Shown here one piece after another: positions 48,860 to 58,339 of a DNA stretch of 64,000 nt (position 1 is its first letter; the number at the start of each line of letters is the position of its first letter). The notes beneath the pieces were generated by a model. That model did not search any database. It was not told the DNA's origin and saw only the letters and a list, made by a program, of their open reading frames with translations. A program made the translations under genes and the position numbers. Source of the stretch: Clostridia bacterium (GTDB lineage: Bacteria > Bacillota > Clostridia > TANB77 > CAG-508); NCBI GenBank assembly GCA_017625465.1, contig JAGAKS010000019.1:651-64650 (forward strand), read 5' to 3'.

Positions 48860-50986
48860 TTATTTTATTTTATAAATTATATAATTTTCATCTTTGTATA
48901 GTTCTTCTAACTCAAAATCTTCATTTGTAATATCATAAGGTTCAAATTTTGCACCTCTAACAATATAGTTTACACCAAGAGTTTTCATATCATCATAAGT
49001 CATAAATATTCTTATAACATCTGGTGCTAGAAGTTCAAATTTTGTTTCTTCAGTATTATCAACTAAAGTTATAAATATATGAGCATATCTATTATATATA
49101 TCTTCATATTCGTGATTTGTATCTATCTTGCTCCATAACTCTATGTTTGGATATACACTTGTTGAATTTAATGTTTTAGCGCCAACTACCATAGGCATAT
49201 TAATTTCCGGTAATCCAATTTCTATTAATGCCCATAATCCTTTTTCTTCACTATCAATTTTTTCTATTTGAGAAAGTAAAGTATTATTCTCTACTGAGCT
49301 TATACCACTTCTAACTGGGTTTACCAAACCACCAATAAATAACATAAATAAAACTATTACTACAAAAAATTGTTTTTTCTTTTGGTTTGCCATCAATATA
49401 CTATAGAAAATTAATGTAAATACTAAAACAAGAACTACTGCAATAATTTTTGTAATAACTAATGGATAATAGTATTTAGCAATTAATACACATACTATAC
49501 TTAAAATAGCTGAAATAACTATCGCCCATTTATTTTTAAACTTATATTCAGTATTTGCCAATATTCTAAATAATATAAATATATTTAAAAGTCCAAAGAC
49601 TTGATAAACTCTTCCATACCATGTTCTTGAGAAAAGTGTAATTTTAGCTAACCATTCTGGCATTGAAAAAATATAGTATGCATGTAATATTAAGCAAACT
49701 ACTAAACACATTGTAACTAAGATATCATGCTTCTTTTCTTTTAAGACATATATACCAAGTAATACTAAAACTACTGGCCAGAAGTCCATCATAACAGTCA
49801 TATCACATGGATTATCTATAGATGTTAATATTGTTAAAAGTGAATTTATTACAAAACCTATATACACTTTTAAGCTTCCTCTTTCTAGCACTACTCTCTT
49901 TCCTGGATATACTGTATTTAATGTAGCCATAATAGTATCCCATGACTTCATGAAAATTCTAGCCATTAAACCAGCAAAAACTAATGCAATTACTATAAAA
50001 GCAATAATATCTTTTTTTGTAATATGAATATTCTTTCTATTTTCAATAATAATCCAAATTAAAAATGGAACAAATATATATGCAATTGGTATCATCCAAG
50101 CTGGATAAAATGTAAGTACAAATGTGCCTACACAAATTGCTATAACTAGCATATATAATGTTTTCAATTTGAAATTTTCGGATTTTAAATATTTGTCAAA
50201 AAGTACAAGTCCTACTTCTGCTGAAATTATCATTTCCATTAAACTGTTGGTAGCATACCACCATTGTATTGTTGGTGAAAATACTATTATAACAGCACCT
50301 ATAAATGATAATGATTTCTTTTTATTTGTAATTAACATTAAAAATTCAAAAGATGCTAAAAACAAGGCTAAAAATCTTGCACACCAATAAAAAGATAAAC
50401 CTACACTTGAACCAAATAATATATAACCTATATGAAATATTCTAAATATTATTGATACATCTTTTACTGGTTGTCCATATACTATGAACATATCAGAATT
50501 ATAACCACCTCTAATATTAGAATTAAAATAATTATAATTATTGGCTTTTTGAGCAAGTGCCATTGGTGTAGAAACAGCCCACTCATCAGAACGAATTGCT
50601 CTAGATGTACCAGCTAAAAGTCCTGTATCTGAACTATACCCAGTAACACCATCCCAGCAACCTATTGATGAGCCGTTTATTTGAAAAATCATACAAATAA
50701 CTAATATGATTCCAGCTATTAAATATCTATAATCATAAATTTTGTCTAACCATTTTATACCATTTCTATTACATACATAAATACTAGCTAAAGCACCTAA
50801 ATATATAATTTCAAAAAATATAATTCTGGCAATGCTCACATAAGAAAACGGATTACGTACAATTTCACCTAAAGGAACTGTTCTTCCTAAAACCATAACA
50901 ATGCCTTCAGTTATAAAACCTGCAATGATTGCACCTAAAATCCATAAATAATTTTCTCTATGTGGGTTAGGCGTTTTTTTCTTCAT
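48860..50986 (-). CDS. GT-C-type (YfhO-like) polytopic membrane glycosyltransferase candidate, paralog B.
   Basis: 708 aa. SRAIRSDEWAVST motif. Same architecture as 44687-46825, with nucleotide-identical stretches. Confidence 0.5.
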   Translation of the reverse strand: MKKKTPNPHRENYLWILGAIIAGFITEGIVMVLGRTVPLGEIVRNPFSYVSIARIIFFEIIYLGALASIYVCNRNGIKWLDKIYDYRYLIAGIILVICMIFQINGSSIGCWDGVTGYSSDTGLLAGTSRAIRSDEWAVSTPMALAQKANNYNYFNSNIRGGYNSDMFIVYGQPVKDVSIIFRIFHIGYILFGSSVGLSFYWCARFLALFLASFEFLMLITNKKKSLSFIGAVIIVFSPTIQWWYATNSLMEMIISAEVGLVLFDKYLKSENFKLKTLYMLVIAICVGTFVLTFYPAWMIPIAYIFVPFLIWIIIENRKNIHITKKDIIAFIVIALVFAGLMARIFMKSWDTIMATLNTVYPGKRVVLERGSLKVYIGFVINSLLTILTSIDNPCDMTVMMDFWPVVLVLLGIYVLKEKKHDILVTMCLVVCLILHAYYIFSMPEWLAKITLFSRTWYGRVYQVFGLLNIFILFRILANTEYKFKNKWAIVISAILSIVCVLIAKYYYPLVITKIIAVVLVLVFTLIFYSILMANQKKKQFFVVIVLFMLFIGGLVNPVRSGISSVENNTLLSQIEKIDSEEKGLWALIEIGLPEINMPMVVGAKTLNSTSVYPNIELWSKIDTNHEYEDIYNRYAHIFITLVDNTEETKFELLAPDVIRIFMTYDDMKTLGVNYIVRGAKFEPYDITNEDFELEELYKDENYIIYKIK

Positions 50987-51488
50987 TTTTGCTATTTTCC
51001 TTTTTAAAAATAAAAATTTTACTAAACACGAAGTTTAAAATCATAACAACTATATTGGTAACTATTTTCATTAAGACATAATTTAAGTGCCAATATACAA
51101 CAGTTACTCTCATCATTAGTACTTCTACTACTGCTGTTATAAGCCTGCAACCTACAAAAGACGCCATTTCTTTTAGAAGTGCTTTTATTCCTTCTGTTTT
51201 AGAGTCAAAAACAAATAATTTATTTGTTAAGTAGGCAAAAGCCATAGCTAAACCTATACCTACTGAATTACTGTAATCTGATCTTGGCTTTTCTGGTAAG
51301 GTTTTAAAAACTAAATAATAGAATAAAGAACTAAATACAATATTTACAAGTGTAGCTAATGCACCAAAAACTATATATCTCATTCCTTCTCTATGATCTT
51401 CATATATTTTTGCTAAAAATCCTAATTTAATTTTTTTTAGTATATTTAAAAAGAAATTTTCTACTTTTTCTAGTAATTCAATTGCCAT
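50967..51488 (-). CDS. GtrA-family small membrane protein (polyprenol-phosphate-sugar flippase-like).
   Basis: 173 aa, 4 TM, and a GtrA-like pattern RYIVFGALATLVNIVFSSLFYYL. It overlaps the start of the downstream GT-C gene by 20 nt. Confidence 0.6.
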   Translation of the reverse strand: MAIELLEKVENFFLNILKKIKLGFLAKIYEDHREGMRYIVFGALATLVNIVFSSLFYYLVFKTLPEKPRSDYSNSVGIGLAMAFAYLTNKLFVFDSKTEGIKALLKEMASFVGCRLITAVVEVLMMRVTVVYWHLNYVLMKIVTNIVVMILNFVFSKIFIFKKENSKNEEKNA

Positions 51489-51489
51489 T

Positions 51490-53311
51490 TTAATATTTTA
51501 TCTCCTCTGGTTCAATAGAAAAATCTACTTTGCTTCTTGTAAAATTTCTATTATAGTATTTGTCTGGTTTATTTAAAACTTTTTTCCATTTAATTTTGAA
51601 ACTTTCTGCTTCTTTATCAAATCTTGCTTTTTTGTTTATATCTAAATCATCATAACCTCTAGTCTTTGATTCAAAATGATATAATTCTATGTAGGGATTA
51701 TATACTATTCTATATCCTTTTTCAAGTATTTTTAAGCAAAAATCAACATCGTTAAAAGCCACCTTAAACTTGTTTTCTTCCATATATCCGGACTTCTTCA
51801 TATATACTACGTTTTGAAAATAAACAAGCACCAGTAACTGCTGATACGTTTCTTGTTATAGCTTCAAAACCATAATAAGCATGTTTTCCATATTCTAAAT
51901 TTACAAGTAAAGCTCCTGCTGTACCAGCAATTCCAATAGCAATTCCAGCATGTTGAATACTTTTGTCTTTGTAATAAAGTCTTGCTCCAACAGCTCCAAT
52001 GTCATTTTGCTGAGCATATCCAATAAATTGTTCTAACCAATTTTTAGTTATTAACTTGGTATCATTGTTAAGTTGCATAACAAAATCGCCATCTACATTT
52101 TTTACTCCAAAATTTATAATTCTTGAATAGTTGAATTCTTTTTCTTTATATTCTAAAACTTTAATTTTAGGGTTTTTCTTTATTTTTTCATAATATTTAA
52201 AAGTGCTTGGCTTTTCACTATTATTTTCTATAATAACTATCTCATAATTTTCATAAGTAGTTAATTTCAAAATAGATTTTATGCATGGTTTTAGATATTT
52301 TAAACCATCTTTATTAGGTATTAAAATAGAAACTTTTGGATTTCCAATTACTTCATAATTAATCTTGTATACACCTGGTATATCTTGTCCGTTTTCTACT
52401 TTTCCTTCTAATCCTAATCTTTTAATATGTGCCTCAACTGCTCTTCTTCCCGCTTCAAAAGCATAAGGTTTATTATCTGCTACATCTGCTGTAGAGCCTT
52501 CTGCTGCTCTCCAATGATATAGTATTTTAGAAATATGTATTATATTTTTGGAATTTTCTGTAAGTCTTAAAATCAAATCATAATCTTGTGCTCCATTAAA
52601 ACCATCATCAAACATTCCTACTTTTTCTAAAAGCTCTTTTTTGAACATTATTAGATGAGTAATGTAATTATGCACAGCTAATGTTTCTGGTGAATAATCT
52701 GGCTTAAAATATGGATTGTATCTTTCACCATTATCATTTATTTTGTCTTCATCAGAATATATAAAATCTGGCTCATTATTTTCATTTATAGTCTTTACAA
52801 ATTCAAAAAGTGAATTTACAGGAAGTAAATCATCATGGTCTAAAAGTGCTATGTATTTGCCATTAGCCATTTTTAAAGCTTCATTTGAATTACCTGAAAT
52901 ACCTTTGTTTTCTCCTAAAAATTTATAGAAAATTCTATTATCTTTTGAAGCCATTTCTTCAAATTTAGGATTTTTTTCATTACTGCCATCAGCTAAGCAA
53001 AGCTCCCATCTTTTATAAATTTGATTTTCCATAGCTGTAACTAACTCTTCAAAATATCTTTCATTAGTGTTATACATAGGAACTACCACACTAATAAGTG
53101 GTTCTTTTTCAAAACTTATACTTTTAAGTTTTTCAAGCTCTTCCTCACTTGGCTCATTGTTAGCTATCCACATTTTATATAATTCATTATCCGTATATAC
53201 TGGATTATCTTTTATACCTAATATTCTTTTTATACATTTTTTTACAGTTTCAAAAAAGCCATATCGTGCAAAATAATATTTAATTTGGTTCAGTCTATGA
53301 TTAATATTCAT
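51490..53311 (-). pseudogene. Two-domain family-2 glycosyltransferase, a tandem paralog of 53320-55152, interrupted by a +1 frameshift near 51787-51799. The ORF track splits it into 51764-53311 and 51490-51831. It is either a real pseudogene or a sequencing error.
   Basis: The 515-aa piece ends ...SIYEEVRIYGRKQV*. The 113-aa piece continues ..SGYMEENKFKVAFNDVDFCLKI. The intact paralog reads continuously ...SVYEEVGYMDEGFAVAFNDVDFCLKI. One extra C lies between GTC(V) and GGA(G). Confidence 0.6.
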
Positions 53312-53319
53312 AAATACTC

Positions 53320-55152
53320 CTAATTATTTTTACTATAATCTACTTCAATTGCTTTTATATGATATTGTTCTGTATCTAAGCTTAAATTTATATTGTAATA
53401 TGGATCACCTTCATCTAAGAAGTCTTGCCATCTTTCTTTAAATCTAGCAATTTCACCTTGAAATCTTTTTATCTTTTCTGGTGTATTTTCAGTTCCCCTA
53501 GATTTAGATTCATAATGTTTAAATTCTACAAATGGATTATATACTATTAAGTAACCTTTTTCTCTTATTTTCAAGCAGAAATCTACATCATTAAATGCAA
53601 CTGCAAAACCTTCATCCATGTATCCTACTTCTTCATAAACACTTCTAGGATTCATTATACATGCAGCCGTGACTGCACTTAAATCTTCTATCATACTTTC
53701 CTTTGCAAAATAACCATGACCACCTTTTGGTACTTCCTTAAATCTGTGTCCTGCGACTCCACCTAGACCAACAATAATTCCAGCATGTTGAATTGTGTTA
53801 TCTGGATAATAAAGCTTAACTCCAACACCACCAACATCTTTTCTTTGACAAAAGCCAAGCATTAGCTCAAGCCAATTTGGTGTTATTAGTTCTGTGTCAT
53901 TATTTAATTGAACTACATACTCTCCATCTGAATTTCTAACACCATAATTGATAATTGCTGGATAATTAAAACCAGTCTCTGGATATTTTACAACCTTAAT
54001 TTTTTCATTTTTTTCAAGTTCTGTATAATATTTAAAAATTTCTTTTGATGTACTATTATTTTCAACTATAACTATCTCATAATTTGTATATGTTGTTTTT
54101 TCCAATAAAGATTTTATACAAACTTCTAAGATATCTTTTCCATCTTTGTTTGGAATGATAATTGAAACTTTTGGATTTCCAATTACTTCGTAATCTGTTC
54201 TATAAGTTCCACCAACTTCTCCTGGAGTAACTTTTCCTTTTAAACCTAATCTATTGATATGGTCTTGAATTGCAACAACACCATTATCAAAAGCATAATT
54301 TTTAGCATTACTATCTAGCTTAGCTGTTGATTCACTATGAACTCTCCAATGATATAAAATTCTAGGAATATGTCTTATCTTAGATGGTTCTGTAATTTCG
54401 CTCATTCTTAGGAAAATATCATAATCTTGTGCTCCATCATATTTGCTTCTAAAACCTTCTAATTTGTCCATAAGCTCTTTTTTGAATATACTAAAATGAC
54501 AAATATAATTTTGGCATCTTAGTGTGTCTGGAGCAAAATCTGGTTTGAAATAAGCATCATATCTATCGCCTTTTTCATTTATTTTATCTTCATCAGAATA
54601 CATAAATTCTACATCTGGATGGTTGTTTATACATTCCACCACAAAATATAAAGCATAATCTGAAAGCAAATCATCATGGTCTAAAAGTGCTATGTAATCA
54701 CCTGTCACCATTTTTAAAGCTTCATTTGTATTACCAGAAATTCCTTCGTTTTTTCCTAAGAATTTGTATTTAATTCTTTTATCTTTACTATAAATTTTTC
54801 GAAGTTCTTTGTTTTCTTCTGGACTTCCATCTGCTAAGCAAAGCTCCCAATTAGTATAACTTTGTCTAATACAACTATCAACAAGCTCTTCAAAGAAATT
54901 TTTAGGTGTATTGTACATAGGTACTACAATACTTATTTTAGGGTTGTTTTTAAACTTGTGCTTTCTTTGCTCTGCAACTTGTTTATCAAAAAGTTCATTT
55001 GGCTTAAACCAGTCAATATATGAACCATAAGGATATTCGTGTTTGATATATTCTTTGTTTTTTACTACTACAAAACATTTTTTTATAGTTTTAAAAAGTC
55101 CATATTTCTTTAAATAAAATTTTACTTGATTAGTTATATTTTTTATATCCAT
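53320..55152 (-). CDS. Bifunctional two-domain family-2 glycosyltransferase (tandem GT2 domains, polymerase-like).
   Basis: Domain 1 is KISIVVPMYNTPKNFF...LADGS...LLDHDD. Domain 2 is KVSIIIPNKDGKDILE...IVENNS...QLNNDTE. 610 aa. Confidence 0.7.
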   Translation of the reverse strand: MDIKNITNQVKFYLKKYGLFKTIKKCFVVVKNKEYIKHEYPYGSYIDWFKPNELFDKQVAEQRKHKFKNNPKISIVVPMYNTPKNFFEELVDSCIRQSYTNWELCLADGSPEENKELRKIYSKDKRIKYKFLGKNEGISGNTNEALKMVTGDYIALLDHDDLLSDYALYFVVECINNHPDVEFMYSDEDKINEKGDRYDAYFKPDFAPDTLRCQNYICHFSIFKKELMDKLEGFRSKYDGAQDYDIFLRMSEITEPSKIRHIPRILYHWRVHSESTAKLDSNAKNYAFDNGVVAIQDHINRLGLKGKVTPGEVGGTYRTDYEVIGNPKVSIIIPNKDGKDILEVCIKSLLEKTTYTNYEIVIVENNSTSKEIFKYYTELEKNEKIKVVKYPETGFNYPAIINYGVRNSDGEYVVQLNNDTELITPNWLELMLGFCQRKDVGGVGVKLYYPDNTIQHAGIIVGLGGVAGHRFKEVPKGGHGYFAKESMIEDLSAVTAACIMNPRSVYEEVGYMDEGFAVAFNDVDFCLKIREKGYLIVYNPFVEFKHYESKSRGTENTPEKIKRFQGEIARFKERWQDFLDEGDPYYNINLSLDTEQYHIKAIEVDYSKNN

Positions 55153-55161
55153 CTTCTTCTC

Positions 55162-56046
55162 CTAGTATATATTTATTGTGATGTCACCATCTTTAGCAAC
55201 ATAGTTAGTTGCTCCAATTTTTTCTATCCATGAACGTGTTTCTAAAGTTTTCCATGGTCCGTTTGAAGTTCCATCTCCTGGATCATTATTCCATAGCCAA
55301 TCTGGTGTAGGCCAAAAACAAATTTTAGGATTTATTGCATTGTATATTTTGTCTGATACACCTGCTTGTCCATGATGTGCCATTTGTACTGCATCAGCTT
55401 TGATTTCATCTAAATTATTTTTTAAAAATTCTTCTTCATACTCTGAGCCTAAGTCGCCCAAGAAAATCATACTTTTTATGTTGTTAGAAACTTTTATAAC
55501 TACACTTTGATTATTTCCAGCATTTTCAGTATATTCAGGATTTTTAACTTTTAAGATTTTGAAGAATAAATTATCAATAGTTAATTCTTCTCTTAAATTT
55601 AATTCATGTACTCTATCTCTAACCCCTTCACTGTCTAGCAAATCTAGCATACTCTTGATAGATTCAAATCTTTCAGCATCATATTCTTGATACCATTCTT
55701 CGCTATTAAAACTAACATAAATGTTATTTATTTTAACTTTTCCAGATTTTATAAGTTCTACTAAAGCTCCATAATGGTCATCATGTGCATGTGTTATAAA
55801 CCAAGCTTCTACCTCTCCACCTTTTGCAATCAAAGTTTCTTCCACATGAGAACTATCTTCTGGCAAACCACCATCTATCATAACTATTTTTCCATTTTTA
55901 GTTTCTATCATATAACCCATAGAACGAGTAAGCTGTGGCTTAAATTGTGTTAATTCTATTCCATTATTTTGTCTTGCTCTCATACCAATCATTATACAAA
56001 TAATTGTAACTATAATAACAAGTCCTATTCTAAAAACTCTTTTCAT
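55162..56046 (-). CDS. MBL-fold metallo-hydrolase with an N-terminal membrane anchor.
   Basis: HAHDDHYGAL (HxHxDH zinc motif), plus downstream HHG and D residues, and an N-terminal hydrophobic helix. Confidence 0.6.
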   Translation of the reverse strand: MKRVFRIGLVIIVTIICIMIGMRARQNNGIELTQFKPQLTRSMGYMIETKNGKIVMIDGGLPEDSSHVEETLIAKGGEVEAWFITHAHDDHYGALVELIKSGKVKINNIYVSFNSEEWYQEYDAERFESIKSMLDLLDSEGVRDRVHELNLREELTIDNLFFKILKVKNPEYTENAGNNQSVVIKVSNNIKSMIFLGDLGSEYEEEFLKNNLDEIKADAVQMAHHGQAGVSDKIYNAINPKICFWPTPDWLWNNDPGDGTSNGPWKTLETRSWIEKIGATNYVAKDGDITINIY

Positions 56047-56057
56047 TTAAAGTCTCC

Positions 56058-57353
56058 TTATTTTTCTAACCTATGAACTTTTACTTGTGAATTTATTCTA
56101 ACCATTCCAACTGTATTTTTCATGGTTGAAACTTCTATAAGCAAAGCATCATATTTTCTATTTAAAGCTTCTAATTCTCCTTTTAAATTGAAATGTGTAC
56201 AACTAAAAGAGAGTGTATATTTTCCTGGTGCAATTGGAATTTTCTGAGTAAATTCTGCAATTGCTATATCCCCTTTGTGAAATTCTCCTGTTACTACCTT
56301 TTCAACATCTGAATTTGTGCCAGCCATTTCTTTGCCTTGAAAATCTTTTACTGTCATTGTAAATATTGGGTCTTTCACAGTATCTTTAAATAATACTTTA
56401 GATTTCATAGTAACTACTTCATCATTATCAATAACATTTACAAGATTTCCTTCACTGTCAAATACACCATAATCAATAACTTCTGCTTTTCCATTTCCGT
56501 AATTTATTAGTTTAGGATTTTCTTCCATTCTTTCTTTCCAAGTTTCAGCATCATCAATCTTAGTAGGGGTTTCTGGAAAATTGCTTGTATCCATTTCTTC
56601 TTCAGGATTTATGCCAACTATAATTTTTTTGTATTTCTCAACACCTGTTTTAACATCTCCATCAAATATTTTTCTACCTTTTTCAATTACAACAGCTCTA
56701 TTGCAATTTTTTAAAATATCTGCAACATTGTGTGTAACAAAAAGTATCGTTTTTCCTTTATCTTTGAATTGTTCAAACTTTTTAAAACATTTTAATTGGA
56801 ATGCCATATCTCCAACAGATAAAACCTCATCAACAATTAAAATATCTGGGTCTACATTTATGGCACAAGCAAAAGCTAAACGTGCAAACATACCAGAAGA
56901 ATAAGTTTTTACTGGCTGATATAAATGGTCACCAATGTCCGCAAAATCTATAATATCTTGCTTTCTTTCTTCAATTTGCTGTTCAGTAAGTCCCATAACT
57001 TGTCCATGTTGATATATGTTTTCAATTCCTGTAAGTTCTCCATTAAAAGCTGCTCCTAGCTCTAAAAGTGAACTAATTTTTCCGTTTATTTCAATTTTAC
57101 CAGAAGTTGGACAAACAACACCTGTTATCATTTTCAAAAGTGTAGATTTTCCAGCTCCATTTTTCCCCATAATACCAACAACTTCGCCTTTATGTATTTC
57201 CAAATTTAAGTTGTCCATTGCACGAAACATTTGATGTTTTTCGTAAAATGGAAATAAAGCTTCCAAAAGTCTATCTTTTTTTCTAGTAAACATTTTGTAT
57301 TCTTTTACTAAATTGTCTATTTTTATAACAGGATTTTCCTTTTCTTTGCTCAT
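56058..57353 (-). CDS. Polysaccharide/teichoic-acid export ABC ATP-binding protein (Wzt/TagH type) with a C-terminal carbohydrate-binding-like beta domain.
   Basis: Walker A GKNGAGKST, LSVGD signature region, Walker B ILIVDE. The ~180-aa C-terminal extension is beta-rich (Wzt-C-like). Confidence 0.75.
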   Translation of the reverse strand: MSKEKENPVIKIDNLVKEYKMFTRKKDRLLEALFPFYEKHQMFRAMDNLNLEIHKGEVVGIMGKNGAGKSTLLKMITGVVCPTSGKIEINGKISSLLELGAAFNGELTGIENIYQHGQVMGLTEQQIEERKQDIIDFADIGDHLYQPVKTYSSGMFARLAFACAINVDPDILIVDEVLSVGDMAFQLKCFKKFEQFKDKGKTILFVTHNVADILKNCNRAVVIEKGRKIFDGDVKTGVEKYKKIIVGINPEEEMDTSNFPETPTKIDDAETWKERMEENPKLINYGNGKAEVIDYGVFDSEGNLVNVIDNDEVVTMKSKVLFKDTVKDPIFTMTVKDFQGKEMAGTNSDVEKVVTGEFHKGDIAIAEFTQKIPIAPGKYTLSFSCTHFNLKGELEALNRKYDALLIEVSTMKNTVGMVRINSQVKVHRLEK

Positions 57354-58330
57354 TTTTTCATTCCTTTCAAAATACTTCTTAAACTTATTAATGGTCCAGC
57401 GATAATAGGAACATTTAATATTAAGAAATTTTCAAGAATATATTTTTTATTCTCATATTTATATAGTTTAAAAAACAAATTCCAGTTACTAAAATTTATA
57501 ATTTTAGTTTTCTCTAATTTTTCATAATAGCTAAGTGCTTTTTTATTTAACTCTTTTACTTCTTCATTTTCAAATTTGTTTTCATTTTCTATAAAAACTT
57601 GAAAATGTTCTTTTTTTACATCTATAAACATTTTTCTTATGTCTTTAAAATTCATTGTTTCACTCTTTTTCTTAGAGCCTACTTTGTTATTTTTATGCTG
57701 TCTATATTTTATGGTAGGTTCTTCTAAAAAAACTATTTTTCCACTTTGACTAATAATCAGTGCAATCCAATAATCATGCAAAACAAATTTTGAAGTTTTA
57801 GGAAGTGGTAAACATTTTTTTATAGTATCTGCTTTTGCAACTATTGTACATCCAGTTACGTAATTGTTTAAATACAAAGCTTCAAAGCTATTATATTTTA
57901 TTATTTTGTCTTTAAATTCTTTAAGCTTCCAGTAAGATTTATAAATTGTATTTTTATTATTATCTACTACTTCAAGATCTGTAAAAACTAAATCAGCATT
58001 TTCACTTTCTAGTTTACTAATTGTTTTCTCAAGTTTATCATTATTCCAAATATCATCTTGGTCTGAAAAAGCATAGTATTTGTTTTGGACTTTACTAAGT
58101 AGAAATTCAAAATTTGAAACAACACCAAGATTTTTTTCTTGTTTAAATACTGTTATTCTTTCATCCTTTTTTTCATAATCTTTTAATATTTTGTAAGTTC
58201 CATCTGTTGACATATCATCTGAAATAAGTAATCTAAAATCAGTATATGTTTGGTTCAAAATACTGTCTAATTGCTCTTTTATGTAATTTTCACCATTATA
58301 GGTTGCTAGCAATATGTCTACCTTTTCCAT
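57350..58330 (-). CDS. Glycosyltransferase family 2 (WbbL-like rhamnosyltransferase type).
   Basis: VDILLATYNGENYIKEQLDSILNQTYTDFRLLISDDMSTDGT. ATGA overlap with the wzt-like gene. Confidence 0.75.
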   Translation of the reverse strand: MEKVDILLATYNGENYIKEQLDSILNQTYTDFRLLISDDMSTDGTYKILKDYEKKDERITVFKQEKNLGVVSNFEFLLSKVQNKYYAFSDQDDIWNNDKLEKTISKLESENADLVFTDLEVVDNNKNTIYKSYWKLKEFKDKIIKYNSFEALYLNNYVTGCTIVAKADTIKKCLPLPKTSKFVLHDYWIALIISQSGKIVFLEEPTIKYRQHKNNKVGSKKKSETMNFKDIRKMFIDVKKEHFQVFIENENKFENEEVKELNKKALSYYEKLEKTKIINFSNWNLFFKLYKYENKKYILENFLILNVPIIAGPLISLRSILKGMKK

Positions 58331-58339
58331 TTTTTCTCC

